Assembly: GCA_051294905.1 (NCBI GenBank)
Contig: CM119373.1
Span: 3,846,001 to 3,910,000 of the forward strand
Source of the DNA: Botryllus schlosseri
Lineage: Eukaryota
Reading direction: 5' to 3'
Length of the DNA: 64,000 bases
Below, one piece after another: positions 26,347 to 40,600 of this stretch (positions are counted from its first letter, which is position 1; every line of letters begins with the position of its first letter). A program made the translations under genes and the position numbers. The notes beneath the pieces were generated by a model, which searched no databases, was not told the origin of the DNA, and worked only from the letters and a program-made list of their open reading frames with translations.

Positions 26347-27505
26347 GTATCGGCTGTCAATTTCTAAAATAATTTACTTCAATTTTTAAAATTGAGAAAT
26401 TGTACTTCCAGGGATGCGATCCCGGTGATCTACGTACCCGTTTGATACACAATTTCAAGCGCGCAACCACTCAGGTCACAGTGATAGCAATGTCTGGCGA
26501 CTTCGACAGTGATTGATATTACGCGATTATTCTGAGATATAAAGTTAAACTTTTTAATATAAACTTGTCGGCACAATCTTGTTAACGATGCGTTTCCTAC
26601 TGTATTTAATAAGATAGATTATGGTGGGCTGATTGATTTATATAGATAATGCGACCTACTTTAACTGAGCCCTACAAACAATCACTTTTCCCCCAATATA
26701 AAACGCATGTATAAGTTCTACACAACCAACACTATACCATCAATTGCCATACGTTTGCATAGAATATGACAATTCGCTTCGTTGACTGCCATTTTGAGGA
26801 AGACAGCTTCCTGATATCGTTTATGAAATTCTTTGAACCGCATTTCTTAAGAAGCTCACGCGATCAAGCATCAGATCGGAGAGAAAGTTTCATTTGAAAA
26901 AGTATGAATCTAGCGAGATGTTATTACTCGTTTCACCGATCAACCGTTTTTGCAATGCAGTTTTTGAATATTTGCCATACGCAATAAGTAGCCTGCAGGC
27001 ATACCATCAGCATTGGACGGATAATTCTCCTTCGGATAAAATGATATTAAACATCCAACAGCGAGAAACTTTATATTTTCTGGTTCTCAAATCCCAATAC
27101 GTCAGCTTCATCAGTCCAATCTGATATTTCTCACCAATGCCAAAATAGTTAACTTCAGTTCAGACACGACCTGGTGTAGCCCACTGTATAATACACTGCT
27201 TATATCGTATACATGAGCTTATTTTGAGAAAATGGAAGTCTATATTAAAATAAACGTTAAAAACGCGACAGATCCCCACTTGCGCATTCCCAAGAAGAAT
27301 CGGATGAGCAAATTGTGATGAAATTTCTGTTTGCCTTCATATTATTCGATTGTACTTTGCTAATCGTTGAGCGTTGATTCAAAAAAATATCGTTCAAAAA
27401 TCATCCAAAAATATCATTAGCTATCAGCGATCATTAACCCGTTGTAGAGTGTAGATACTCATGGTTATGAAGGAGGGGGTGGAGTTAGGGCTGAATTGTA
27501 GGCTA

Positions 27506-27767
27506 CTGTTGGTTCCTGTTTCCTATAAACAGAGTCCGGGAAGCGAAGGGAGTCCGAATCTCAGTTCACTCATTAATGCTGCATAGTCTTGCGATCTCCC
27601 CTTTTCTTTCCAGACTATATTAATTGCACATAGCACAGAAACATGAATTTAGCGTTGGTGAGCTGTTGGTTCCGGTTTCGTATGCACAGAGTCCGGAAAG
27701 CGAAGGAAGTACGGATCTCATCTTATGATGCAATCTCCATTTTGTTTCCAAGACTATATTAATTGCA
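27506..27767. repeat. Imperfect direct duplication (2 units)
   Basis: CTGTTGGTTCC.GTTTC.TAT..ACAGAGTCCGG.AAGCGAAGG...AGACTATATTAATTGCA occurs twice. Confidence 0.7.
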
Positions 27768-28608
27768 GTATCTTTTCTTAAACTCTATGTAATTTCGTGG
27801 GCCCCTTATCAAAAGTCACGCTATACCCAGAGGGGGTCAATGTACTCAAGTAAGCTACTCAAGGACAAGTAAAAGTAGTGCTTTTAAAAGCAACCTAGAA
27901 TTACGTCAAGTAGAAGTAGAAGTGACTGAATTTAAATCTACTCGAATTGAATCAAGCTCCGTTCATATCTAATGAGAGTACAGTCGTATAAGCAGGGCAT
28001 AGAAACATTTCACCATCTATAGATTGGTATAAGAATCAGAGCATAGACAGATTTCAAAAATTTGATTAGAATTGGATAGCCAAGCATTTGGCATCTAACC
28101 GGCATCTAATTAGACAATTAGAATTAGACCTATCTAGCTGTCCATTAGGGCTGTTCAAAATTTGGAAAATCTTTGGAATGCTGCGTGTCCATGGCGTTAT
28201 AGCGTGTTCTATGTCATGGGCGCGCGTTCTTCTTGGTCCGCGGCTCGGTATAGATACCGTTGACACGTTAGCGTAAAGTCTTTTGTTAAAACAACTAAAA
28301 CATGACGATGCTTGTCCGACGGAGACTGAAAAGCGACTGCTCCTCGGACGGTGACTGCAAGGCGACTGACAACATTGGTTCGCAACATCAAGAAATACCC
28401 AACATAATCAGTAATCAGCGCGAGGGTAATTACGGTAATAATGGAGCGGTACACTACAGCGTAATATGTAAATTATTGTTAAAACACAATAATGGGCCTG
28501 AAAGAAGCTCGCAAGAAGTCGGTAAGATTTGTCTAAATGCGTTTCAAAGTCGTTGTTGAAGAGTGGGCGGGCCGCCACAGCAGACTTGCGAAAAGGCGGG
28601 CGAACACG

Positions 28609-31600
28609 AGTAGTGTATGTGATCGGTCGCGAGCTAACGTTTTTTGCATGGGGCTCTTATGGGCGGGGTGGCACGGTGCCGAGAAACCGGGGGTGGCACG
28701 GTGACCCTTATGTCTTATGGCGGGGGTGGCACGGTGCCATTGTGTCTTATGGCGGGGGTCGCACGGTAACCCTTTTCAGGATAGGCTGCGGCGGCACGGT
28801 GACGTGAAAACTCGTGGTCGTGACTCGCCTTTTTTGCTATAGGCGGTGGCGGTGATTCGCCTGTCATGTATTCTTACGGGATCTGTGGTGACTCGCCATG
28901 TGTTCTTATGGGTGCGGTCGTGAATCGCCCTTTCGGGTATAGGCATCTCTCGCACGGTGTGGAATATGTATCAGGTATATTGATCACGTGATTGGTCCTT
29001 AGTTAATGTTTACATTCCAAATTATTATATATGACCAATTTGAAGTAATCCCAACGTTTACGGTGAGTGCGGTATATTATATCGTTATTCTTATGGACGC
29101 GGCGATGATTCGTACTTTGGGGTAGAGACTGCGGGCGGCATGTCGTACTTTTAGCAAAAAAGGGTGTGAAATAGTTTGCTAAATCTAGGAATCACTTGCT
29201 TGGTAATATTTTGGTAATTAGTTTACCACAGAGCCGGCGTAGACGGTGATTCAAATACCAACAATAGCCGCGTTCACATACTAACACTTCAAAAAGGTGT
29301 GAAATATTTGTAAAATCCTACGATCGCCCACAAGATAACACCTCAGACATAGGCATCTTTCACGACTTGGTGTCATAACCATACCGATCGCTCACGCGGT
29401 GAAATTTTAGTAATCAGTTTGTCACAGAACTCGATTTCGCTGGTAAGATTTAATAAGTAACGACTAACAGAACCGCCAGTGTCGGTAACTTGAACAGCAA
29501 CAAATTGCCACTTATTTCCGTCCTAACCCTAATCCTTTGTGAAGTGAACGCTTATTCAAAAAGGTGTGAAATAATTTTAAAATCCTACGACCGCTCACAG
29601 GGTAATGCTCCAGACATAGCGATCGCTCATGATTTGGTGTTACAGACATACCGATCGCTCACAAGGTAATACTTCCGTAATTAGTTTGTCACAGAGTCGT
29701 CACAGACGGTGATTCGTAAACCAACAATTTGACACGCAATCGCTATATGTTTTGACACCTCGGATAGTGGTTGACTTTAGTTGCGTGATAAGTTCCATGA
29801 AAATATTCAATCAATGTATTAATTTGTCAACTAGAAATGAAACTCACTAAACAACTCAAGTTAATTCGTATCTTAATGTTTTAATTCGGTACAACTCTGA
29901 TCCTTTTAGAAATTCTTTTAATGCGATCTTTTGAATCGACCGTAACCTGAATATTACTGACGCCGACTTTCAGCCACATCGAATTATTCGCACATTCCGC
30001 GTCGCTGTTTTCACACCTATAGAATCAACACCAACTATAACTCTACAAGAATCAAGAATCACAAGTATGTGCATTATACAGGTATTGTCTTTATCAACTT
30101 GAAATCAAACTCTTAACAAAAACACGCAACTTATCATTTACCAACTCTAGTATTACCAAAAAATCAGGTAGGTCTATTGTTGATTGAAAATCCTTGAGTC
30201 CTTATTATCAAAAACGTTATAGTGCGGCGTCGGAATCCATTCGCGAGATGTACTAAAGGTAAATACAGATAACCCAAAATGAACTATCTCGACTTTGACA
30301 TAGTCTGAATTGAAATAGATTGACAAACATAACTACCAACTTTCACCCAGTCACATTTCGAAATTATACGCATATCGATTTGAAACAAGTAATGAAATAT
30401 TACAACTATATTCGCGATCGAACTTTCCGTTTGGCAAAGATAGTTTCAGAAATACTATCACTATGATATCTCAACATTTTAACATCTTGCCATACACAAA
30501 AGAGTAAAATACAAAAACCTTGTCAAGTCAATCCGTTTGTAACTTACCCAACCAACTCAACAGTATCCTTATGAAAAGTAGACAAGACTACGCGAGTAAT
30601 CACCACAATCCAAAATCCAAAGCAAGTTCGGTTGTATTCATAGTCCGCCAACTCGTATTTTTTTATTCAACTGTAAAAGTCGTTACTATTCTGTAACCTA
30701 AAGTAATTACTACTCGGTGCGCACAACTTGAGATTAACATATGTTTTGAGTATATGATATTTGAATGTCTGACCGATGTAGTTAAGAATTCATTTCTTAC
30801 GATCGAACACCGGTGTTACATTGAAAGTTATCATGTTGTAAACATTCTTATTAACACGTTGGTTTGACATACGAGATTTTGTAATTGTCGATCACGACTT
30901 GATTAATAAATTATGACTTAATTAGACCGGGGTTGTGTTAAAAGTTATGACAGCAACAAACTTTTAAGAAACATTGTTATCAACATATTGATTTGTAAAA
31001 CTAGATTAGCGCGCCTGAAATGTTCTTGATTTGAAAGATATTCCGTGTTGGTACAAATCACTCTGCGTATCACGGATATCAGAAAATATTTTTACAAATG
31101 TAGTTGTTTCCAGTAACCAAGACTAAAGATGACACAACAATTTCGTTATTCAAACATTGAACACCCGGCGCAAAATGCTTTATCGGTCAAATTCGTGACG
31201 GCTAATTGAAACGACTACGTATAGAGTCAGTATATTACAATTTCATGTCGTTACTATTGAATCCAGCAATTGATACAATTTGTTGTCGGAGTTGTGACAG
31301 CGCATTGAAACATACACAACTTACAGAGTGTGAAAATATCACTTCGGGTATCAAGTACCGTTTGAAGCGTGCGATCAATACATAATTCCGTTTGCACTCT
31401 CTAAGAAGTTGTGAAGTCTACAGATTTACACTTCAAGACTTTGATCAACATATAAGCAATTTGGAATATCTTTACTGGACGCATCCTATTCTACTAGACT
31501 TGAGTATACGCGAAACTCATAGCATTGACAAAATCGCAATAGGCGCTACACTGAAATCTACAAAATGTGTTTGTATTGTTGTTAGTGATCATAAATTATC

Positions 31601-34600
31601 ATTTGAATAAGTAATTGTAATCATAAAACCAAACTTGCGAAAGTCATTACCATAACAAAAGAATATTGTAGGTTGCTTGCTAAATGTATGCCGGAAATAT
31701 TTGTAGAACGCTCACGACCAAAGAAATCGGAAATTTCCCCCCATTGTCATTCGTCAAAGTATATGTTGTCACAATACTCATCCCGTAAAAGATCTTACTT
31801 GTATGTGATTGAATCGCCGGTAATCAACCCACTAAACCGAACTCCAAAGAAATTATACTCATTCGATGGATATGAAACAGCGTCGCTTAATCGGTCTATA
31901 CCGTTTTTCTAAAGGTAAATCATATCCATCCAATGGAAAACAATTTTCACTAGCTTGGTAATGAAACCGAAGTCTTCATTCAATATTTTGTTTGTGTCAA
32001 ATACTTTGCAATAAACACACTGGAGTGGTTGAGCTTTACATCATCAGACTGTAATCTGTAAATCAAGCTTACATCCGATTTGTAACTGTATTGTTTACCT
32101 AACCGAGTTGTATGCACAGTTTGATATTTTTTCATTTAGTGATTGTTGAACATACCACTTCGAAATACTGCGTTGATCATAATTTCCATCATCGCGATAA
32201 GCGAAGTACATTTGTTTTGAATTCATAACAATCGGCTTTTCTATGACATGATAAATTATTGACAAGTTCTGCTTAGAAGATTGGTTGCATATCACGAAAA
32301 ATAATATACCACTCATATTAATACTGTTACTCCATTCATCGGTATTTTTTCCGTTGTCGATTTTCAAACGAGTAAAATTTATTACTTGAGTTGCTCTGCT
32401 TACTATATTTAAATGTAAACTCGCCCGTCTTTCAACAACAACCAATGTTAAAAAAGTATGCAATCAAACACAACAAGTTTTACTGTAGGACACTAATTAT
32501 TATTCCACATAACTCATTTCTTACCGAAGACATATGAAATATATTCATGTTACACGAAAATACTCGATATTCGCTCGTGCTACGAACATACGCAATGATT
32601 GGTGACGCTTTCAAACTGTTTCGATATCACAAGAACTTTATTGTCTGAATGGGTGTTCATGTATCTTAATATTCAAATAGTTCAACACAGAACTAGTACT
32701 AACAGAAACATCAGAGCTGTTTACACAAAAGTTTGTATGTGTACAGTATGCGAATACCATGTGTAAGTCCAGCACAATTGCGGTATCCATCCGAGTTTAG
32801 TTAACACAAATTTATTACAACGGAGCCACGTAAACTTTCGTGAAAGAAAAGCAGACTCACTTCCAGAGGGTTATGTCAACGCCATAGCAGTAAATCAGCT
32901 ACTCCAACAACAAAGTACATATGTTTTCTGGTCACGGTCCTTACATCTTTCACACAGATCAATCTACTTTGCTAACGAAGAGTGCTGAGTCATCACATGA
33001 TTGCCCTCACAACAAAACAGCTAGAAGATATTATCATACAAAAATATTTTTAACCCTTTGCGCACCAGTGACAAATCATACAACAAACATTTTTGTGAGT
33101 CGAATTGTTGTCCAGTGTCAAGTCTACCTGTTGAAACGTACATTAAAACAACACAGTCACAATTCAATTAAAACCACGAATCTATTTTCATTTCGTCACA
33201 AACTGTCACATACAGAAAAATAAATTTTCTTACCCCAACACATACTTGTAACCAATCGCTTTCATTAAACACACAACTCCATAAAAGTATTTACTTTCTA
33301 CAACATATACATTCCGATGTAGTCAAGAAATATTTGTATTAATCAAAATCATCGATTTCTGTTCACGGCGTTAGTGTGTGCATGTCATACCTGTGGGCCC
33401 CGTATTAAAATGAACACGACACGACTGAATGTAAGGGGATAGAAGTCTATCGCATCGATTTACATGTGGTCTTCGCTACGGTTTCAAAAAACGAATCATC
33501 TATTTTGCATTGGTCGAGACCGAGCGAACCAGTTACATGTATTCGCGGTAATGATTTTGCTAGTCATATGCGAATGATAAGGTTGCTACTCCGACAAATC
33601 AAATCAACATACAACAATATTCTGACGATCATAATAGCAATTTCATTTTCCGCCCCTTCGTAATTGTATACGCACGAAAAGTATATTGTACAACTCGGCA
33701 ACTACGTTTAACAAGACCTATCACACTACCTGCGTTGAACACAAGATACCTACCCAAGTCAAAATATCATACTGGTTTGGACAACTGGCGTTTACCTGTG
33801 TAAAATTATTATTTTCACTTGGAGGTCAACCGTTACCTGACTAAAAATACCATTATCCTTTGGAGATCTTTGGTTTACCCAGAGTAACAATACATTTTCA
33901 CTTGGAAATCTATCTTTTCCCTGAGCAACAAACCATTTTCACTTGGCTGTCCGTCGTTTGCCCGAGTAAAAATATCATTTTCCTTTGGAGATCTTGCGTT
34001 TACCCAGAGTAACAATACATTTTCCCTTTGGGTTCTATCCTTTCCTAGAGTAACAAACCCTTTTCGTTAGCAAATCTATTTTTTTCCTACAGCAACAAAC
34101 TATTTTCACTTGGAAAAATACTTTTACCTAGAGTAACTAATCATTCTCTTTTGGAAATATATTTTCTCCCCGGGCAACAAACCCTTTTTGTTTGGAAAAC
34201 TATCATTTACCTGAGTACCAATACCGTTTTCACTTGGAAATCTATCTTTTCCCTGGGTAACAATACCATTTTCGTTTTTGAAAACTGACAACCACACCCG
34301 ACAATTTGATATTTTTATATATTGTTACAACGGGCAGTGATAAAATATGCACCAACAACCACTCCGATACATTTGTGTAATCGCATATTCACTTGTGCTG
34401 GTGCATCCCATCAAAATCATCGGTTACCCACATGCAATGCGCTCTTGTATATCGAAATGCATGTTTTCGGAAATTGGCCAATAGGTTGCAATTTGTCTGT
34501 GATGTCCGGGTTCGTGCTTTGGATTTTCCAGAGTCAAAATGTCTGAATAAAACACCTCCTCGACGATGGTTGGTATGTGGATAACGGTGTTCGGAAAACG

Positions 34601-37600
34601 GTTGGATTTATGTCATCCATCGCGATAACAATTCCGGGTCGAGTTTTCCCCCGCATGTTTACTATATTGTGTCTTTATTGGTCAATGTATGTCTCAACAT
34701 TCAGTTTGAAATCGGAAGCCATGATAAAGTATGTAACCGGATCCGGATATCAACTCTGAATCGATAAACCAATGAACAATATTCAAAGTAAACATGTTAC
34801 ACCCTGTATTTCCACGAAAAAATACCATCCAGACATACGTCGCGCTTGTTTGCCCACACCAGTATACGCGTAAATGGATGTGTACATGCAATGTGTTGGT
34901 ATACAAACATCGGGGAGTAAGCCTTCGATCCACAGACATTATCATTGCCGGTAATTTTGATACAGATCAAATGTCATCACACCCGATAACAATTTCATAC
35001 CAATAAGCCACATTGCAATGACTCTGAGTCAATCTGAAGCATGACATACATACACACAAACTTGGAACCGTAACATGGGTTATTCGCACGACGGTGAAAG
35101 TGAACTATACAGCATATACCAATAGAGCGTTCACAGTCGAATATGCGAACCATGCACAATCATATACCCTGGTTTTTGTTGGATATGTACGAAACCAATA
35201 AATCGATACATTCGTTCTGCATCAAAATTACCGGCTATGATAATGTCTGTTGATCGAAGGCTTACTCCCCGATGTTTGTATACCAACAAATTGCATGTAC
35301 ACCTCCATTTACGCGTATACTGGTGTGGGCAAACAAGCGCGACGTATGTCTGGATGGTATTTTTTCGTGGAAATACAGGGTGTAACATGTTTAATTTGAA
35401 TATTGTTCATTGGTTTATCGATTCAGAGTTGATATCCGGATCCGGTTACATACTTTATCAGGGCTTCCGATTTCAAACTGAATGTTGAGACATACATTGA
35501 CCAATAAAGACACAATATAGTAAACATGCGGGGGAAAACTCGACCCGGAATTGTTATCGCGATGGGTGACATAAATCCAACCGTTTTCCGAACACCGTTA
35601 TCCACATACCAACCATCGTCGAGGAGGTGTTTTATTCAGACATTTTGACTTTGGAAAATCCAAAGCACGAACCCGGACATCACAGACAAATCGCAACCTA
35701 TTGGCCAATTTCCGAAAACATGCATTTCGATATACAAGAGCGCATTGCATGTGGGTAACCCATGATTTTGATGGGATGCACCAGCACAAGTGAATATGCG
35801 ATTACACAAATGTATCGGAGTGGTAGTTGGTGTATATTTTATCACTGCCCGTTGTAACAATATATAAAAATATCAAATTGTCGGGTGTGGTTGTCAGTTT
35901 TCAAAAACGAAAATGGTATTGTTACCCAGGGAAAAGATAGATTTCCAAGTGAAAACGGTATTGGTACTCAGGTAAATGATAGTTTTCCAAACAAAAAGGG
36001 TTTGTTGCCCGGGGAGAAAATATATTTCCAAAAGAAAATGATTAGTTACTCTAGGTAAAAGTATTTTTCCAAGTGAAAATAGTTTGTTGCTGTAGGAAAA
36101 AAATAGATTTGCTAACGAAAAGGGTTTGTTACTCTAGGAAAGGATAGAACCCAAAGGGAAAATGTATTGTTACTCTGGGTAAACGCAAGATCTCCAAAGA
36201 AAAATGATATTTTTACTCGGGTAAACGACGGACAGCCAAGTGAAAATGGTTTGTTGCTCAGGGAAAAGATAGATTTCCAAGTGAAAATGTATTGTTACTC
36301 TGGGTAAACCAAAGATCTCCATAGGATAATGGTATTTTTAGTCAGGTAACGGTTGACCTCCAAGTGAAAATGATAATTTTACACAGGTAAACGCCAGTTG
36401 TCCAAACCAGTATGATATTTTGACTTGGGTAGGTATCTTGTGTTCAACGCAGGTAGTGTGATTGGTCTTGTTAAACGTAGTTGCCGAGTTGTACAATATA
36501 CTTTTCGTGCGTATACAATTACGAAGGGGCGGAAAATGAAGTTGCTATTATGATCGTCAGAATATTGTTGTATGTTGATTTGATTTGTCGGAGTAGCAAC
36601 CCTATCATTCGCATATGACAAGCGAAATCATTACCGCGAATACATGTAACTGGTTCGCTCGGTCTCGACCAATGCAAAATAGATGATTCGTTTTTTGAAA
36701 CCGTAGCGAAGACCACATGTAAATCGATGCGATAGACTTCTATCCCCTTACATTCAGTCGTGTCGTGTCTATTGTAATACGGGGCCCACAGGTATGACAT
36801 GCACACACTAACGCCGTGAACAGAAATCGATGATTTTGATTAATACAAATATTTCTTGACTACATCGGAATGTATATGTTGTAGAAAGTAAATACTTTTA
36901 TGGAGTTGTGTGTTTAATGAAAGCGATTGGTTACAAGTATGTGTTGGGGAAAGAAAATTTATTTTTCTGTATGTGACAGTTTGTGACGAAATGAAAATAG
37001 ATTCGTGGTTTTAATTGAATTGTGACTGTGTTGTTTTAATGTACGTTTCAACAGGTAGACTTGACACTGGACAACAATTCGACTCACAAAAAATGTTAGT
37101 TGTATGATTTGTCACTGGTGCGCAAAGGGTTAAAAATATTTTTGTATGATAATATCTTCTAGCTGTTTTGTTGTGAGGGCAATCATGTGATGACTCAGCA
37201 CTCTTCGTTAGCAAAGTAGATTGATCCATGTGAAAGATGTAAGGACCGTGACCAGAAAACATATGTACTTTGTTGTTGGAGAAGCTGATTTACTGCTATG
37301 GCGTTGACATAACCCTCTGGAAGTGAGTATGCTTTTCTTTCATGAAAGTTTACGTGGCTCCGTTGTAATAAATTTGTGTTAACTAAACTCGGATGGATAC
37401 CGCAATTGTGCTGGACTTGCACATGGTATTCGCATACTGTACACATACAAACGTTTGTGTAAACAACTCTGATGTTTCTGTTAGTACTAGTTCTGTGTTG
37501 AACTATTTGATTATTAAGATACATGAACACCCATTCAGACAATAAAGTTCTTGTGATATCGAAACAGTTTGAAAGCGTCACCAATCATTGCGTATGTTCG

Positions 37601-40600
37601 TAGCACGAGCGAATATCGAGTATTTTCGTGTAACATGAATATATTTCATATGTCTTCGGTAAGAAATGAGTTATGTGGGATAATAATTAGTGTCCTACAG
37701 TAAAATTTGTTGTGTTTGATTGCAAACTTTTTTAACATTGGTTGTTGTTGAAAGACGGGTGAGTTTACATTTAAATATAGTAAGCAGAGCAACTCAAGTA
37801 ATAAATTTTACTCGTTTGAAAATCGACAACGGAAAAAATACCGATGAATGGAGTAACAGTATTAATATGAGTGGTATATTATTTTTCGTGATATGCAACC
37901 AATCTTCTAAGCAGAACTTGTCGATAATTTATCATGTCATAGAAAAGCCGATTGCTATGAATTCAAAACAAATGTACTTCGCTTATCGCGATGATGGAAA
38001 TTATGATCAACGCAGTATTTCGAAGTGGTATGTTCAACAATCACTAAATGAAAAAATATCAAACTGTGCATACAACTCGGTTAGGTAAACAATATAGTTA
38101 CAAATCGGATGTAAGCTTGATTTACAGATTACAGTCTGATGATGTAAAGCTCAACCACTCCAGTGTGTTTATTGCAAAGTATTTGACACAAACAAAATAT
38201 TGAATGAAGACTTCGGTTTCATTACCAAGCTAGTGAAAATTGTTTTCTATTGGATGGATATGATTTACCTTTAGAAAAACGGTATAGACCGATTAAGCGA
38301 CGCTGTTTCATATCCATCGAGTGAGTATAATTTCTTTGGAGTTCGGTTTAGTGGGTTAATTACCGGCGATTCAATCACATACAAGTAAGATCTTTTACGG
38401 GATGAGTATTGTGACAACATATACTTTGACGAATGACAATGGGGGGAAATTTTCGATTTCTTTGGTCGTGAGCGTTCTACAAATATTTCCGGCATACATT
38501 TAGCAAGCAACCTACAATATTCTTTTGTTATGGTAATGACTTTCGCAAGTTTGGTTTTATGATTACAATTACTTATTCAAATGATAATTTATGATCACTA
38601 ACAACAATACAAACACATTTTGTAAATTTCAGTGTAGCGCCTATTGCGATTTTGTCAATGCTATGAGTTTCGCGTATACTCAAGTCTAGTAGAATAGGAT
38701 GCGTCTAGTAAAGATATTCCAAATTGCTTATGTGTTGATCAAAGTCTTGAAGTGTAAATCTGTAGACTTCACAACGTCTTAGAGAGTGCAAACGGAATTA
38801 TGTATTGATCGCACGCTTCAAACGGTACTTGATACCCGAAGTGATATTTTCACACTCCGTAAGTTGTGTATGTTTCAATGCGCTGTCACAACTCCGACAA
38901 CAAATTGTATCAATTGCTGGATTCAATAGTAACGACATGAAATTGTAATATACTGACTCTATACGTAGTCGTTTCAATTAGCCATCACGAATTTAACCAA
39001 TAAAGCATTTTGCGCCGGGTGTTCAATGTTTGAATAACGAAATTGTTGTGTCATCTTTAGTCTTGGTTACTGGAAACAACTACATTTGTAAAAATATTTT
39101 CTGATATCCGTGATACGCAGAGTGATTTGTACCAACACGGAATATCTTTCAAATCAAGAACATTTCAGGCGCGCTAATCTAGTTTTACAAATCAATATGT
39201 TGATAACAATGTTTCTTAAAAGTTTGTTGCTGTCATAACTTTTAACACAACCCCGGTCTAATTAAGTCATAATTTATTAATCAAGTCGTGATCGACAATT
39301 ACAAAATCTCGTATGTCAAACCAACGTGTTAATAAGAATGTTTACAACATGATAACTTTCAATGTAACACCGGTGTTCGATCGTAAGAAATGAATTCTTA
39401 ACTACATCGGTCAGACATTCAAATATCATATACTCAAAACATATGTTAATCTCAAGTTGTGCGCACCGAGTAGTAATTACTTTAGGTTACAGAATAGTAA
39501 CGACTTTTACAGTTGAATAAAAAAATACGAGTTGGCGGACTATGAATACAACCGAACTTGCTTTGGATTTTGGATTGTGGTGATTACTCGCGTAGTCTTG
39601 TCTACTTTTCATAAGGATACTGTTGAGTTGGTTGGGTAAGTTACAAACGGATTGACTTGACAAGGTTTTTGTATTTTACTCTTTTGTGTATGGCAAGATG
39701 TTAAAATGTTGAGATATCATAGTGATAGTATTTCTGAAACTATCTTTGCCAAACGGAAAGTTCGATCGCGAATATAGTTGTAATATTTCATTACTTGTTT
39801 CAAATCGATATGCGTATAATTTCGAAATGTGACTGGGTGAAAGTTGGTAGTTATGTTTGTCAATCTATTTCAATTCAGACTATGTCAAAGTCGAGATAGT
39901 TCATTTTGGGTTATCTGTATTTACCTTTAGTACATCTCGCGAATGGATTCCGACGCCGCACTATAACGTTTTTGATAATAAGGACTCAAGGATTTTCAAT
40001 CAACAATAGACCTACCTGATTTTTTGGTAATACTAGAGTTGGTAAATGATAAGTTGCGTGTTTTTGTTAAGAGTTTGATTTCAAGTTGATAAAGACAATA
40101 ACTGTATAATGCACATACTTGTGATTCTTGATTCTTGTAGAGTTATAGTTGGTGTTGATTCTATAGGTGTGAAAACAGCGACGCGGAATGTGCGAATAAT
40201 TCGAAGTGGCTGAAAGTCGGCGTCAGTAATATTCAGGTTACGGTCGATTCAAAAGATCGCATTAAAAGAATTTCTAAAAGGATCAGAGTTGTACCGAATT
40301 AAAACATTAAGATACGAATTAACTTGAGTTGTTTAGTGAGTTTCATTTCAAGTTGACAAATTAATACATTGATTGAATATTTTCATGGAACTTATCACGC
40401 AACTAAAGTCAACCACTATCCGAGGTGTCAAAACATATAGCGATTGCGTGTCAAATTGTTGGTTTACGAATCACCGTCTGTGACGACTCTGTGACAAACT
40501 AATTACGGAAGTATTACCTTGTGAGCGATCGGTATGTCTGTAACACCAAATCATGAGCGATCGCTATGTCTGGAGCATTACCCTGTGAGCTGTCGTAGGA

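Noticed and set aside
29522..29535. CCTAACCCTAATCC as a telomeric seed
   Set aside because: About two units only; expected by chance.
33770..36410. 41-42-bp arrays as a CRISPR array
   Set aside because: Units are degenerate head-to-tail repeats without unique spacers; no cas genes; eukaryotic context.
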